A DNA stretch of 64,000 nucleotides from Planctomycetota bacterium. GTDB lineage: Bacteria > Planctomycetota > SZUA-567 > H5-PLA8. Below are positions 1 to 8,294 of this stretch, one piece after another; the first letter of the stretch is position 1; every line of letters begins with the position of its first letter. The position numbers were made by a program, and so were the translations under genes. The notes below the pieces were generated by a model. It was given only the letters and a program-made list of their open reading frames with translations. It was not told where the DNA came from and did not search any database. The stretch covers positions 64,001 through 128,000 of the forward strand of contig JBBRPR010000007.1 in NCBI GenBank assembly GCA_038227875.1, read 5' to 3'.

Positions 1-1389
1 CTTGCGTTCGGTCTCCGTCATGCGGGGTAGGTACGCATTGCAGAGTTTCCGAATTGCCGCCGTGCGCGCGATGGCGGGCACGGGCAGCGCCAGGAATTCG
101 GCACACTCGCCCAGCGCCTGACCTACGTTTTCGCTGTCGGGATCGTTCAAGCCGCACAGACGCGGATCTAGCTGTTGCTCGCCACGGGCGGCCGCCAGCA
201 TGTTGATAGCGCGTTCGATTCCATCGCTGGCGGGCATAGAGAACAGGCTTAACAGAATTTCTTTCGGTGCCTGATCGAGCGCCTTGGCTTTCGCCGACTG
301 CACAGGATTTTGAATCAGCGAAGCGGAGTGCTGCGCGAGATTAGACACGATTTTGTCGAAATTTCCGCGGAGGTCATCGCATGCGACCTTCAGCGCCGTG
401 AACAGGTCGCCGGATGGCGTTGCAAATTTAAAGTCTCCGCCAATTCCCGGTGTCAAAACGGAAAGCTCATTGAGCATCAGTTGAGCGATGTCGGTTTTTT
501 CCGTTAGCAAAATCGGCAAGCCAAGCGCCGACGTTTCCAGCGTGAACGCGCGCGCCGATTCTAGATTGAACAATCCGCGAGCCGTGGGAAGTAATCGGTC
601 GGCAAGGGAGAAGTTCGCGGTACACGCAACCACGGGGCACACGCCGAAAATATTGGGCTTCACGACCAGCGACGCGACGGCATCTTTGGGCCATTCAGCC
701 GAAAGAAATACGCTCGTGGGCTGCGGCCGCATCGCGGTGTAAGAATAAATCGAATCGGCGCAATAGTACGTCCATGTGTGCCGCTCAAGGCAAAGAGCAG
801 AAACCGGCGACGGGTACTCCAGGTCGATTGTGTGCGCGCGGATCCAGTCCAACCGCCCGTTGGTTTCCTGCCAGCGGTCCACGGTTTCGCCGGGGATGTT
901 AACGAAATTTCCGTCGAGTCGCCCGCGTCCCTTTGCGGCTGCCAGGGTTTCGCCGGGGAAGCCGTCAAGGGCGGGCATTTCCACGAGCAGATAAGCGCGC
1001 CGGAATTTCAACAGGTCTAGAATAATATTCTGGATAACTACGGTGCAATCGTTGCCGCGTCCGTCGCAGTCAGTATTAAGCGCCGTCCAGAATGCTGCGC
1101 GGTCGTCGCTGGCGTCGCTCACATCGAAGCAAGGTTCATCGCCGACGATTTCCGCCGCGATTGCATCCAGCTGCGGTCCAAGATAATTGTTGTAGATCGT
1201 CGACAACAGCCGGGAGCGTTGATAACCGGCGTTACTGTCGGAACTGCGCGGCTTCAAGTACAGGTGCTTCCTCGCGTCCATGCGAGCGCCACCGGCATAA
1301 AAATCGCCAATCTCAGTCAATAGCGCGGGGTCATAATCGGGATGCGTCGGCATCAGCATTTTGACCGGAACGGCTTGCGGAAAGTTCAT
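1..1389 (-). CDS. Phage portal protein (DUF4055/SPP1-gp6-like), truncated at the window edge
   Basis: Translated by hand: open for 463 codons from ATG 1389, overlapping the upstream stop. Motifs THPDY..DFYAGG..YLKP..YQRSRL..IYNNY, DCDGRGND..AYLLVEMP, VDRWQETNGRLDW, FGVCPVV and QSAKAKALD match portal patterns. Confidence 0.7.
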   Translation of the reverse strand, partial: MNFPQAVPVKMLMPTHPDYDPALLTEIGDFYAGGARMDARKHLYLKPRSSDSNAGYQRSRLLSTIYNNYLGPQLDAIAAEIVGDEPCFDVSDASDDRAAFWTALNTDCDGRGNDCTVVIQNIILDLLKFRRAYLLVEMPALDGFPGETLAAAKGRGRLDGNFVNIPGETVDRWQETNGRLDWIRAHTIDLEYPSPVSALCLERHTWTYYCADSIYSYTAMRPQPTSVFLSAEWPKDAVASLVVKPNIFGVCPVVACTANFSLADRLLPTARGLFNLESARAFTLETSALGLPILLTEKTDIAQLMLNELSVLTPGIGGDFKFATPSGDLFTALKVACDDLRGNFDKIVSNLAQHSASLIQNPVQSAKAKALDQAPKEILLSLFSMPASDGIERAINMLAAARGEQQLDPRLCGLNDPDSENVGQALGECAEFLALPVPAIARTAAIRKLCNAYLPRMTETERK

Positions 1390-1925
1390 TGTGCGACAGC
1401 CTCAACGGGTTCGGCCTGCGGTTCCAGAATGTCTTTGAAGTCGGCGAAGATGTCGGTGGCCACGGTCATGATTTCGCCTGCGGACTGCGTTTCCATGAGC
1501 CGCGAGCCGGTCATGACGATGGTATTCAAGCGCAGTTCGGGACCAGCCTGCAGCGCGTTAAGTTCAGCGGTCGCATCCACGATTTTAAGCTGCATCTCTT
1601 TTCGCATCCCCTCGAGCCTGCCGCCGATGGTCTTGGACGCGGTGTTGAGACGCGCGGCCAGTTTGTTTCGGAATTCAATAGCGGCAGCGGTGACCAGTGT
1701 CCGGACGTGTGGCAGCGTGGCGTCAATTTCTGCGAGCCGCTGACGGTCCGCGTCTGACTTTTTATCGCGCTTCGGCGGATCGTCGCCGGCCATGAGCGCC
1801 ACCGCGCGTTCCTTGGCTGCGGCATCGTCGCGCAGCACCAGGTCTGTGCGCAGCGTTTCGGCTTCCGCCTCCATCATGCGGAGTCGATTGCATTTCACCG
1901 TGAGTTCGTCGAATAGTTCACGCAT
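1386..1925 (-). CDS. Hypothetical coiled-coil protein (element-encoded)
   Basis: 179 aa, helical and charged; overlaps both neighbouring genes. Confidence 0.7.
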   Translation of the reverse strand: MRELFDELTVKCNRLRMMEAEAETLRTDLVLRDDAAAKERAVALMAGDDPPKRDKKSDADRQRLAEIDATLPHVRTLVTAAAIEFRNKLAARLNTASKTIGGRLEGMRKEMQLKIVDATAELNALQAGPELRLNTIVMTGSRLMETQSAGEIMTVATDIFADFKDILEPQAEPVEAVAQ

Positions 1926-2391
1926 TCTTGAAAGCCTCCGCGACGGCTTTGTCGAGTTCCTGCATCAGCTTGGCATGGTTCGCGGTCGTCGCGACGGCCC
2001 GCGCTGCCAAGCAATCGTCGGCGTCCTGCTTCCGGCATACGGCTTCTTCCGCAATCGTGGCGATGCGCCAGCGTCCGTCCACGGCTGCCTCCACGTGGGT
2101 GAGATTGCCCGGCGTCGCATATGCGCGATCGGTGTCCGGGTGACCCACGGTGCCGCCGGGGATGCGCGGCCAGACGTGGTGCCGCGGCTTAGTGCGGAAA
2201 ATGAGGCAGAATTCCAGCGGGTCGCGTTTGCCTGCCGCGACGTTGCGGTCGAAAATCGTGCGGACGATTCCGAAGAGAACTTTGTTGTATGCGGGCAGAC
2301 TTTGCGGCGTGAGCACGTTGCCGGCCGCGTCGCGCATGTTTTCGATGCCTGGCTTGAATGGATCGAAAATCAAATATCCTTGTGCGGGCAT
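1918..2391 (-). CDS. Hypothetical protein (element-encoded)
   Basis: ATG 2391 is preceded by a GGAGG RBS; co-directional with the operon. Confidence 0.65.
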   Translation of the reverse strand: MPAQGYLIFDPFKPGIENMRDAAGNVLTPQSLPAYNKVLFGIVRTIFDRNVAAGKRDPLEFCLIFRTKPRHHVWPRIPGGTVGHPDTDRAYATPGNLTHVEAAVDGRWRIATIAEEAVCRKQDADDCLAARAVATTANHAKLMQELDKAVAEAFKNA

Positions 2392-2392
2392 T

Positions 2393-2575
2393 CTACTTTC
2401 CTCCAGTGGGGTTAGGCAGCGCGTTCGCGCCCAGGTACTCGTCAAACGGAATCAAAACTGCAACAGGGCGTCCGTTTTTGAGAATTATGATTTTGCCACC
2501 GTTTTCACAATGCTGAACGTGTGAGCAAAGTCTTCGTCGTGCTTCGCGTAAACTGTCTTCTCTCAAAAGCGCCAT
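2393..2575 (-). CDS. Phd/YefM-family antitoxin-like protein
   Basis: 60 aa, SLREARRRL...KIIILKNGRPVAVLIPFDEY is the Phd/YefM signature. Confidence 0.75.
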   Translation of the reverse strand: MALLREDSLREARRRLCSHVQHCENGGKIIILKNGRPVAVLIPFDEYLGANALPNPTGGK

Positions 2576-2873
2576 CGTCTATCCCTCCCTAAATAATGCG
2601 TGTACACACTTCGCTTTCTCAACTCTTTTTTAGGAAATTCGGCGTTTATTTCTGAAATGACTGAAATATCGCTACAAACGGACGCCATTGAGTTCGAATC
2701 GCTGAATGGCACTAATTCACGTTTCGGGCTTTTGAACGCTGCCACGTGCGACGGGTGAAGGCTTTTGGGTCCTAAAACGTAGCCGGTGCGCAATTGCGGG
2801 ACATTCGGACCCTCTTTTGTTTAAGGGGGCACGCACGATGCGCCCTCGCCGGCCGGGGCTGGAAAAGGGCTTA

Positions 2874-3173
2874 TCACTCCGCGACACCAGCCAGGTCCCG
2901 TAGCTGCGGTTCGTTCGCCGTCGTCCTCACTGCCTTGCGCGGCGTCACGATCACCAGCTTCGTCAAGTCCACGCTCAGCGGTGCCGTGCCGACGCGGACC
3001 AGTTGCATCCAGCCAGCGCAGCGTTCAGCCTCACGTGTCGCCTCCGCCTGCGTTGCGTAGGACTGCGATAGCACCTCGATTGAATCGTCTTGCTTGAGTA
3101 TCATCACCGCCCAGCGGATAGCCTCGCCGATGCGTGGTGTGGCGGTGTTGTCTTCCAGTGTCTTCGTGAGCAT
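2874..3173 (-). CDS. Hypothetical protein
   Basis: 99 aa with an AGGAGG RBS upstream. Confidence 0.55.
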   Translation of the reverse strand: MLTKTLEDNTATPRIGEAIRWAVMILKQDDSIEVLSQSYATQAEATREAERCAGWMQLVRVGTAPLSVDLTKLVIVTPRKAVRTTANEPQLRDLAGVAE

Positions 3174-3204
3174 TGCGCCTTCCTCCTTGACCCTCGACAG
3201 ACAC

Positions 3205-3386
3205 CGTCACGGCTTGCCTTATAAGCCGTGTGTGTGTCTAGTCTCCGAGCCCGTGACAGTCTCCCGTGACAGTCATCACGGTCTCAACTAACTGCTTTCC
3301 AGTAGCGGATTAACGGATTTGTGCCCTTCCGTGACAGTGTCTCGCTTTTGATGTCCGGCCGTGACAGTGTCGCCATCACGGTCTCT
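3205..3386. repeat. Iteron-like repeats, candidate replication origin of the element
   Basis: CCGTGACAGT at 3251, 3264, 3329 and 3359; inverted partial copy at 3205-3212; CATCACGGTCTC at 3274 and 3375. Confidence 0.65.
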
Positions 3387-4774
3387 CGGACGGCGTTTTC
3401 GCCTCGTTTTGTGACTGCCCTAACCTTCGCTACAATCTCGTTGCGCGTCATGGGATGCGTCATTACGGCGCGAACGTCGTCCTCTGAAATTGGTAGCTTT
3501 GCGTTCGGATTGTTCGGCTTTTTCAGCGCTTCCGGATTAAGCGAGCTATCAATATCGAACACCGGATAGTTCCAGCGTAGGACCGTCGGCGGGATCGGCG
3601 GGAAGTCGCGGACAATGCATTCCAGCGCAACACAGTCTTCTTCCTCGTGCTCGGTCAACGTGATGATGCAATCGCCGTCACGCCCGATAACGCCGGACCC
3701 TGACGAGCGGTCTAGAGCCTTTTTCCCGGCTGCATTGCCCTTGGCAAAATGATGCGCGACGAGATATGCAGCGCCGGCCGATTCCGCGATGGATTCCAGG
3801 CGGTTGAGTAGGTCACCCATTTCGGACGCGTCGTTTTCACTGCGGCCATTGGTCAATTTATAGAGCGGATCGAAAATCAGTAACGCGTAGTCGCCGGATT
3901 TGAGCCGCTGATACAACTCCCGCTCTAGCTGCTCAATCGTAATTTTCTTACCACGCAGGTGCCAGACTGTAAACATGCCCGGGGCGAGCGTGATTCCGCG
4001 GTGATGGCAAATGTCCTGCAGTCGTTTTTGGAACGAATACCGACTGAGTTCAAGATTGATATAGAGCACTTTCCCGCGCGCTGTTTTCCTGTCCATCCAC
4101 GGCGCGCCGTCGCAAATACTCACGCCCACGTCCATCTGAAAGAAAGTCTTCTTGCCCTTCGAATCAGCCGACATTGTTACCTTTGAGCCTTTAAAACACA
4201 TACCTTCGATCAGTTCATCCGGACGCACGGCGACGGCTGTCTGCAGGTCCGCGCCGTCCTCGAAGTCTGGAAGTGGACCAATTGGTCCACTTTCTCCCAT
4301 ATCGTCGACTTCAACCTCGCCGGGATTGTCAGGTGTACGGTCCCGTACACCTGCCGATTCCTTCGGCCCTCGATACTTCACGCCCGAACCTAGTTGAATC
4401 GTCGCGCCGGCGGCCTTCGCGCGCTTAACCAGGGTGCCGATGCCCAGCTCGCCATTCTGCTTGAACGACTTCCACTTCGCCGCGCATTCACCTTCCTTGT
4501 ATTTCGAACTGGAACTGCTCCAAGATTCCCAAAGCGACAATCCGTCGGCGCCGGGCATCTTCGTCTTAATTATCATCCCGGTTTCGTACCAAGTTTCGTA
4601 ACTATCAGCGTGGGTGCGCAGCGCGTTCAAGCATTGCTCGATAACACGCGTGTCGTCCGAGGCATTTACACAACGTTGTGTAACCTTCGGCGCCGGCTGT
4701 TCAACTGTTGCGCGCGCAACAGTTGATTCATCCACCAGCGGTGGGATGCCGTTCATAATCTCTAATTCGTCCAT
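3284..4774 (-). CDS. PriCT-2 domain plus AAA_25/RepA-like helicase
   Basis: YETWYETGM..WESWSSSSSKY..ECAAKWKSF (PriCT-2). Helicase motifs VLYINLE, LLIFDPLY, VAHHFAKG, SSGSG. ATG 4774 has an AGGAG RBS. Confidence 0.85.
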   Translation of the reverse strand: MDELEIMNGIPPLVDESTVARATVEQPAPKVTQRCVNASDDTRVIEQCLNALRTHADSYETWYETGMIIKTKMPGADGLSLWESWSSSSSKYKEGECAAKWKSFKQNGELGIGTLVKRAKAAGATIQLGSGVKYRGPKESAGVRDRTPDNPGEVEVDDMGESGPIGPLPDFEDGADLQTAVAVRPDELIEGMCFKGSKVTMSADSKGKKTFFQMDVGVSICDGAPWMDRKTARGKVLYINLELSRYSFQKRLQDICHHRGITLAPGMFTVWHLRGKKITIEQLERELYQRLKSGDYALLIFDPLYKLTNGRSENDASEMGDLLNRLESIAESAGAAYLVAHHFAKGNAAGKKALDRSSGSGVIGRDGDCIITLTEHEEEDCVALECIVRDFPPIPPTVLRWNYPVFDIDSSLNPEALKKPNNPNAKLPISEDDVRAVMTHPMTRNEIVAKVRAVTKRGENAVRETVMATLSRPDIKSETLSRKGTNPLIRYWKAVS

Positions 4775-5313
4775 TCTGTGCGCTCCTGAATATGGCAATA
4801 AACTTCCTGCGGGTCGGATTTGCGATGAATGAAGCCGGGTATGCGCATCACGCGGGGTAAGTCTTTGATTGCGACGTCGGTGCCGTAGAACCGAGCAAGG
4901 CGCTCTTGGCATTCGGTGAACTTGGCGAGCGGACATTGCGTCAACCAATACGCATGCCAGCGCGGAAGTTCTCCCGGTGCTGTATCGCGCCACGTGACGA
5001 CGTTCGGGCATTTGTGCCAAGTCTTCGGCCATTCAACGCCATCGGCATCTACGAATAGCGCGCGCACGCCGGTGATGTTCTCTCGCTTCCTGCCGCGTCC
5101 GTCGGTCTGATTGACGGTGAAGAATATCCCCGCGCCCGCGTTATTCAGCCGGGTGAGTTCGCCGGCCACGTTGCGGAATTTGCCATTGAGCACGCGCACT
5201 AACTCGCGCCGCCCTTTGCCTGCGTCGTCGAAAGTCTGGAATGTGTGATCGGTGCCGAAACAGTCGAGGAAGGTTTCAGCCACGTGCAGGTCAATCGTGG
5301 GGGCGAGAATCAT
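4762..5313 (-). CDS. RepB-type DNA primase catalytic domain
   Basis: GIFFTVNQTDG..VRALFVDAD..WHAYW..DVAIKDLPRVMRIPGFIH. Confidence 0.85.
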   Translation of the reverse strand: MILAPTIDLHVAETFLDCFGTDHTFQTFDDAGKGRRELVRVLNGKFRNVAGELTRLNNAGAGIFFTVNQTDGRGRKRENITGVRALFVDADGVEWPKTWHKCPNVVTWRDTAPGELPRWHAYWLTQCPLAKFTECQERLARFYGTDVAIKDLPRVMRIPGFIHRKSDPQEVYCHIQERTEWTN

Positions 5314-5627
5314 GCCGCACCCCGATTCTGAAGCAGAGCGGCCACAGCCTGCCTGTATTGCGATTCCGGCACACCCAGCGCGCGCGCCAGACTATTCAGC
5401 GTCTCCGGCTTCGGTCGCTTGAGCTTCCCGCCCTCCAGCCGCCCGATAGTCACGTGGCTGATGCCGGAACGCGCGGCCAGGGCGGCGACGTCGATACCCT
5501 TCGCGACACGCAGCGCGCGCGGGTCGGGTTGCGTCGTGAGCGCTCCGAGCTGGCGTAGCTTAGCTTCGATGCGCAGGTCGATTAGGCGTTCTAGATTGCC
5601 GAGTACGTCGGGAAGGTCGGCGCTCAT
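5310..5627 (-). CDS. XRE-family helix-turn-helix protein
   Basis: LRVAKGIDVAALAARSGISHVTIGRLEGG..TLNSLARALGV. Confidence 0.85.
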   Translation of the reverse strand: MSADLPDVLGNLERLIDLRIEAKLRQLGALTTQPDPRALRVAKGIDVAALAARSGISHVTIGRLEGGKLKRPKPETLNSLARALGVPESQYRQAVAALLQNRGAA

Positions 5628-5821
5628 TTCTGCACCGCCTTACCCAACCGCACGCAAAGATCAGCGACAGCAGCGGCATCCCAAAGGAATGCCGCGCCGC
5701 ATTTGGTGTAGGGTGTTTTCGAGGCTTTTAGGATGACACAGGTTTGATATAGCGGCAGCTCTAAAACCTTTGCCGCTTCTCTTGTGGTTAATCGTATCGT
5801 TCCCATTTCAAATGCCCTCAA
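5624..5821 (-). CDS. Excisionase/AlpA-like small DNA-binding protein
   Basis: 65 aa, LTTREAAKVLEL pattern; sits upstream of the replication genes. Confidence 0.55.
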   Translation of the reverse strand: MRAFEMGTIRLTTREAAKVLELPLYQTCVILKASKTPYTKCGAAFLWDAAAVADLCVRLGKAVQK

Positions 5822-5851
5822 AAGTCTGAGAGCATTGTTTAATCGCCGTTT

Positions 5852-6223
5852 TTATTTACACAGTGGGCGCTTTAGTTTCCGAGACGGTTTCCGTTTAGTT
5901 TCCACGTGTCGCCGCCGCCGATTTAGCTTAATGCCAAGCGTGGATTCGACTTCTGCAATAGCCCTTGAAATGGTTTTTCGCGCCATGCCTAATTCTTTTT
6001 CAATGATGTCATATTTTGGTACCTCGTCCTTTGGTTTCAAACACAAATACTCATGCATCTTTTTCGCGGCTGGCGAGAGCTTTGAAATATTGCCGCGCAG
6101 TTGATGAAATTCAATTGCTAGTTCCTCGCACATATCCGCAAGGCCGACTACCCCTTTTCGAAGATCGTCGCTTCGTAAAATTGCGTCTCGGTAGGCACGA
6201 ATGCTTTCTACAAATTTATACAT
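5852..6223 (-). CDS. Hypothetical protein with C-terminal HTH
   Basis: YDIIEKELGMARKTISRAIAEV followed by a basic tail. Confidence 0.6.
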   Translation of the reverse strand: MYKFVESIRAYRDAILRSDDLRKGVVGLADMCEELAIEFHQLRGNISKLSPAAKKMHEYLCLKPKDEVPKYDIIEKELGMARKTISRAIAEVESTLGIKLNRRRRHVETKRKPSRKLKRPLCK

Positions 6224-6253
6224 TGCGCTTGCTCCGCGCTGCTCGTGAATAAA

Positions 6254-6307
6254 GCCGGGGGCAGACTGGCGAGCATACCAGTCAGGGAGCTACCCTTTGC
6301 CCCCGGC
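6254..6307. ncRNA. Candidate structured RNA (three-way junction)
   Basis: Perfect 10-bp outer stem GCCGGGGGCA/TGCCCCCGGC enclosing GACTGG/CCAGTC and AGGG-AGCTA-CCCT hairpins; intergenic. Confidence 0.45.
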
Positions 6308-6317
6308 GTGCTGCATT

Positions 6318-6773
6318 CTACGCTGTCGCCTGCAGATACTCCAACGCGTCGTCCTCAAGGCAGCTTTCACCGTGCTGCCGGGCAAATTCAACTACGTCCG
6401 AAAACAATCGGTAGACCTCTGACAAATTCTTTCCGGGCGTGTTCTCTACTAAAAATTCCGCCAGTTCATGGCACGCGAAATCGTACTCGCTGTTTTTATT
6501 CAGCGGTCCGCCGCACTCACGATAGATTCGAATTGCTCGACGCATGGTATTAACAAAAGACTTTCGCCGGCCGCCTTTGTTACCGTAAACGGCGTGATGA
6601 AACGTCGCACATGCGTATTGCCAGCTTGCCCGGCCGTAGAGCTGCTCAGCGACCACGAGCGCGACTTCAACCGCGGATTGTCCACCGTCCATCGGTGAGC
6701 CGATTGGAATTCCCCATAGCATATCGAGCAGGTCTTCGCCGACGTCGTGGAGTGTTGCCTGTGCGCGTTTCAT
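6318..6773 (-). CDS. Helical-repeat (TPR-like) hypothetical protein
   Basis: ALVVAEQLYG..RRAIRIYRE..YDFACHELAEF; similar to 7270..7896. Confidence 0.6.
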   Translation of the reverse strand: MKRAQATLHDVGEDLLDMLWGIPIGSPMDGGQSAVEVALVVAEQLYGRASWQYACATFHHAVYGNKGGRRKSFVNTMRRAIRIYRECGGPLNKNSEYDFACHELAEFLVENTPGKNLSEVYRLFSDVVEFARQHGESCLEDDALEYLQATA

Positions 6774-7336
6774 AGTTCCACCGCCTTCCGGCCGGCGAGC
6801 ATTTCCGCCAACTCCTCCGTGGGACTGCCTTCCGATTCGTGCTTATTCTTGTCGCGGGCGTGATACTTCACGGCTTCGCTGAAATGTCTTGCGGTCAGGG
6901 CGTACAGATGATTGTCGCGGAGTCGGCGCGCCAGCCAGAAATTGAAATGCCACAGATTCCGAATCTTGCCCGGGTATCGGTGTGCGTATTCGATGGCGAC
7001 TTCGTAAAATTCAATTCCGCTGCCATAGCCCCGCGCCATTAAACTGTGACCGAGATCCGTGAGCACCACACACTGCCTTTCGTCGTCGGCATTTCTCAGC
7101 TGAAGGTATGAGAAAACCTTCAGACTGTATTCATGGATCGGCGCGAAGCTTGTGCTGCTGCCGCTTGAGCTGGCCCACACGGACCAGCCTACCATCGAGG
7201 CGAAGTGCCTGTCGTTCAAGAAATCGTCAACGGTGAGGTCTTCTACTTCGCGAAAGGTGAGTGGTATTTTCAACATTCCACCACCCCCTGCGCTGCAAGG
7301 CATTTTTCTCGAATGCAGCTCGTGCCAGTTTTGCAA
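6770..7336 (-). CDS. Helical-repeat (TPR-like) hypothetical protein
   Basis: VLTDLGHSLMARG..FYEVAIEYA..ARHFSEAVKY; start codon uncertain. Confidence 0.55.
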   Translation of the reverse strand: MQNWHELHSRKMPCSAGGGGMLKIPLTFREVEDLTVDDFLNDRHFASMVGWSVWASSSGSSTSFAPIHEYSLKVFSYLQLRNADDERQCVVLTDLGHSLMARGYGSGIEFYEVAIEYAHRYPGKIRNLWHFNFWLARRLRDNHLYALTARHFSEAVKYHARDKNKHESEGSPTEELAEMLAGRKAVEL

Positions 7337-7896
7337 ACATGGTCATCGCCAAGATTGTATTTTTCCTGAAAAACTTCAATGCGCTTCAGCATCTCCAGCC
7401 CGAGTTCTGGGCGGCCCGTGTCCGCGTAAATTTCCGCCAATTCACAGCACGCCCACCCATACACAGTCTCGCGCGCGTATGATCCAAAAAAAACATGCTT
7501 ATCGTAGATGGCGATGGCTGATAGGAGCATCTTTTCATCTTTGGATTCACCTACCGAACAGCAGTGATAAAGCGAATCTGCCGCCTGAAGACTCTCGGGA
7601 CCGAATACGTGGCGCGATAATGCCAATGTGAATGTGTCCACGGCGTGCACGACCGCGTCACTATAGCCGCGGCCGTGAAATACCTCGCGCAGTCCGTGGG
7701 CGAACGTGTCATAGCCCAGTAGTGAGCCCATATTGAACAGGGCTTTCAGGATTTCGTCTTCCGAGGAGGAGCAGACGAGCGCTTCGTTGACGGGCCGGCG
7801 TTTGGCGGGATTGTGTTTTTTTAACAATAGACCACTTGAAGATTTCATCGTGGAAATCCTTTCCGAGACCGTTACCCTTGCCGATACAGATAGCAA
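7270..7896 (-). CDS. Helical-repeat (TPR-like) hypothetical protein
   Basis: LALSRHVFGPESLQAA..SAIAIYDK..YGWACCELAEIYADTGR; start codon uncertain. Confidence 0.6.
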   Translation of the reverse strand: MLSVSARVTVSERISTMKSSSGLLLKKHNPAKRRPVNEALVCSSSEDEILKALFNMGSLLGYDTFAHGLREVFHGRGYSDAVVHAVDTFTLALSRHVFGPESLQAADSLYHCCSVGESKDEKMLLSAIAIYDKHVFFGSYARETVYGWACCELAEIYADTGRPELGLEMLKRIEVFQEKYNLGDDHVCKTGTSCIREKCLAAQGVVEC

Positions 7897-7930
7897 GGAT
7901 TTGGCCTACTCACTTTAGGTTGGGTCCCCA

Positions 7931-7972
7931 GCGAGGCGTGAGAGTATCAGCTCTTGCGCCTCGCGCTTTTTT
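7931..7972 (+). terminator. Hairpin plus T-tract, antisense to the element operon
   Basis: 14-bp stem 7931-7944/7951-7964 with two G-U pairs that form only on the + strand, followed by GCTTTTTT. Confidence 0.45.
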
Positions 7973-8048
7973 AGGCGGGTTTAGTCCCGCTCACTTCCGC
8001 GACGCGCCTCCACGCGTCGAAAATCCAATGTCCACAATTGTGGACAAA

Positions 8049-8213
8049 TCAAAGCTTCGATTCCGCATCTTCCACACGCTTCCGAATTACCTCTGAACGC
8101 GTGAGATTCCACGCCTTGCCGATCCGGGCTAGAGACTTCACCGTCGCCTTCGGGCATCGGAAGATGATGTTTTGACTCGCGTCTATGGTTTTCGGCCTGC
8201 CCATTTTTGCCAT
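8049..8213 (-). CDS. Ribbon-helix-helix (CopG/Arc-like) regulator, 54 aa
   Basis: Translated by hand: MAKMGRPKTIDASQNIIFRCPKATVKSLARIGKAWNLTRSEVIRKRVEDAESKL. Divergent from the integrase; below the ORF track cut-off. Confidence 0.75.
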   Translation of the reverse strand: MAKMGRPKTIDASQNIIFRCPKATVKSLARIGKAWNLTRSEVIRKRVEDAESKL

Positions 8214-8294
8214 GACTGAGAACCTTAACCGTTTTTTTCTTGCTGTCTACAATAATCGTATATACTGAAGTAGATTTATCGGAGATTCCTGCCC

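Noticed and set aside
2563..2793. 76-aa minus-strand ORF in the element
   Set aside because: TTG start, no clear RBS or motif, AT-rich; more likely a promoter region.
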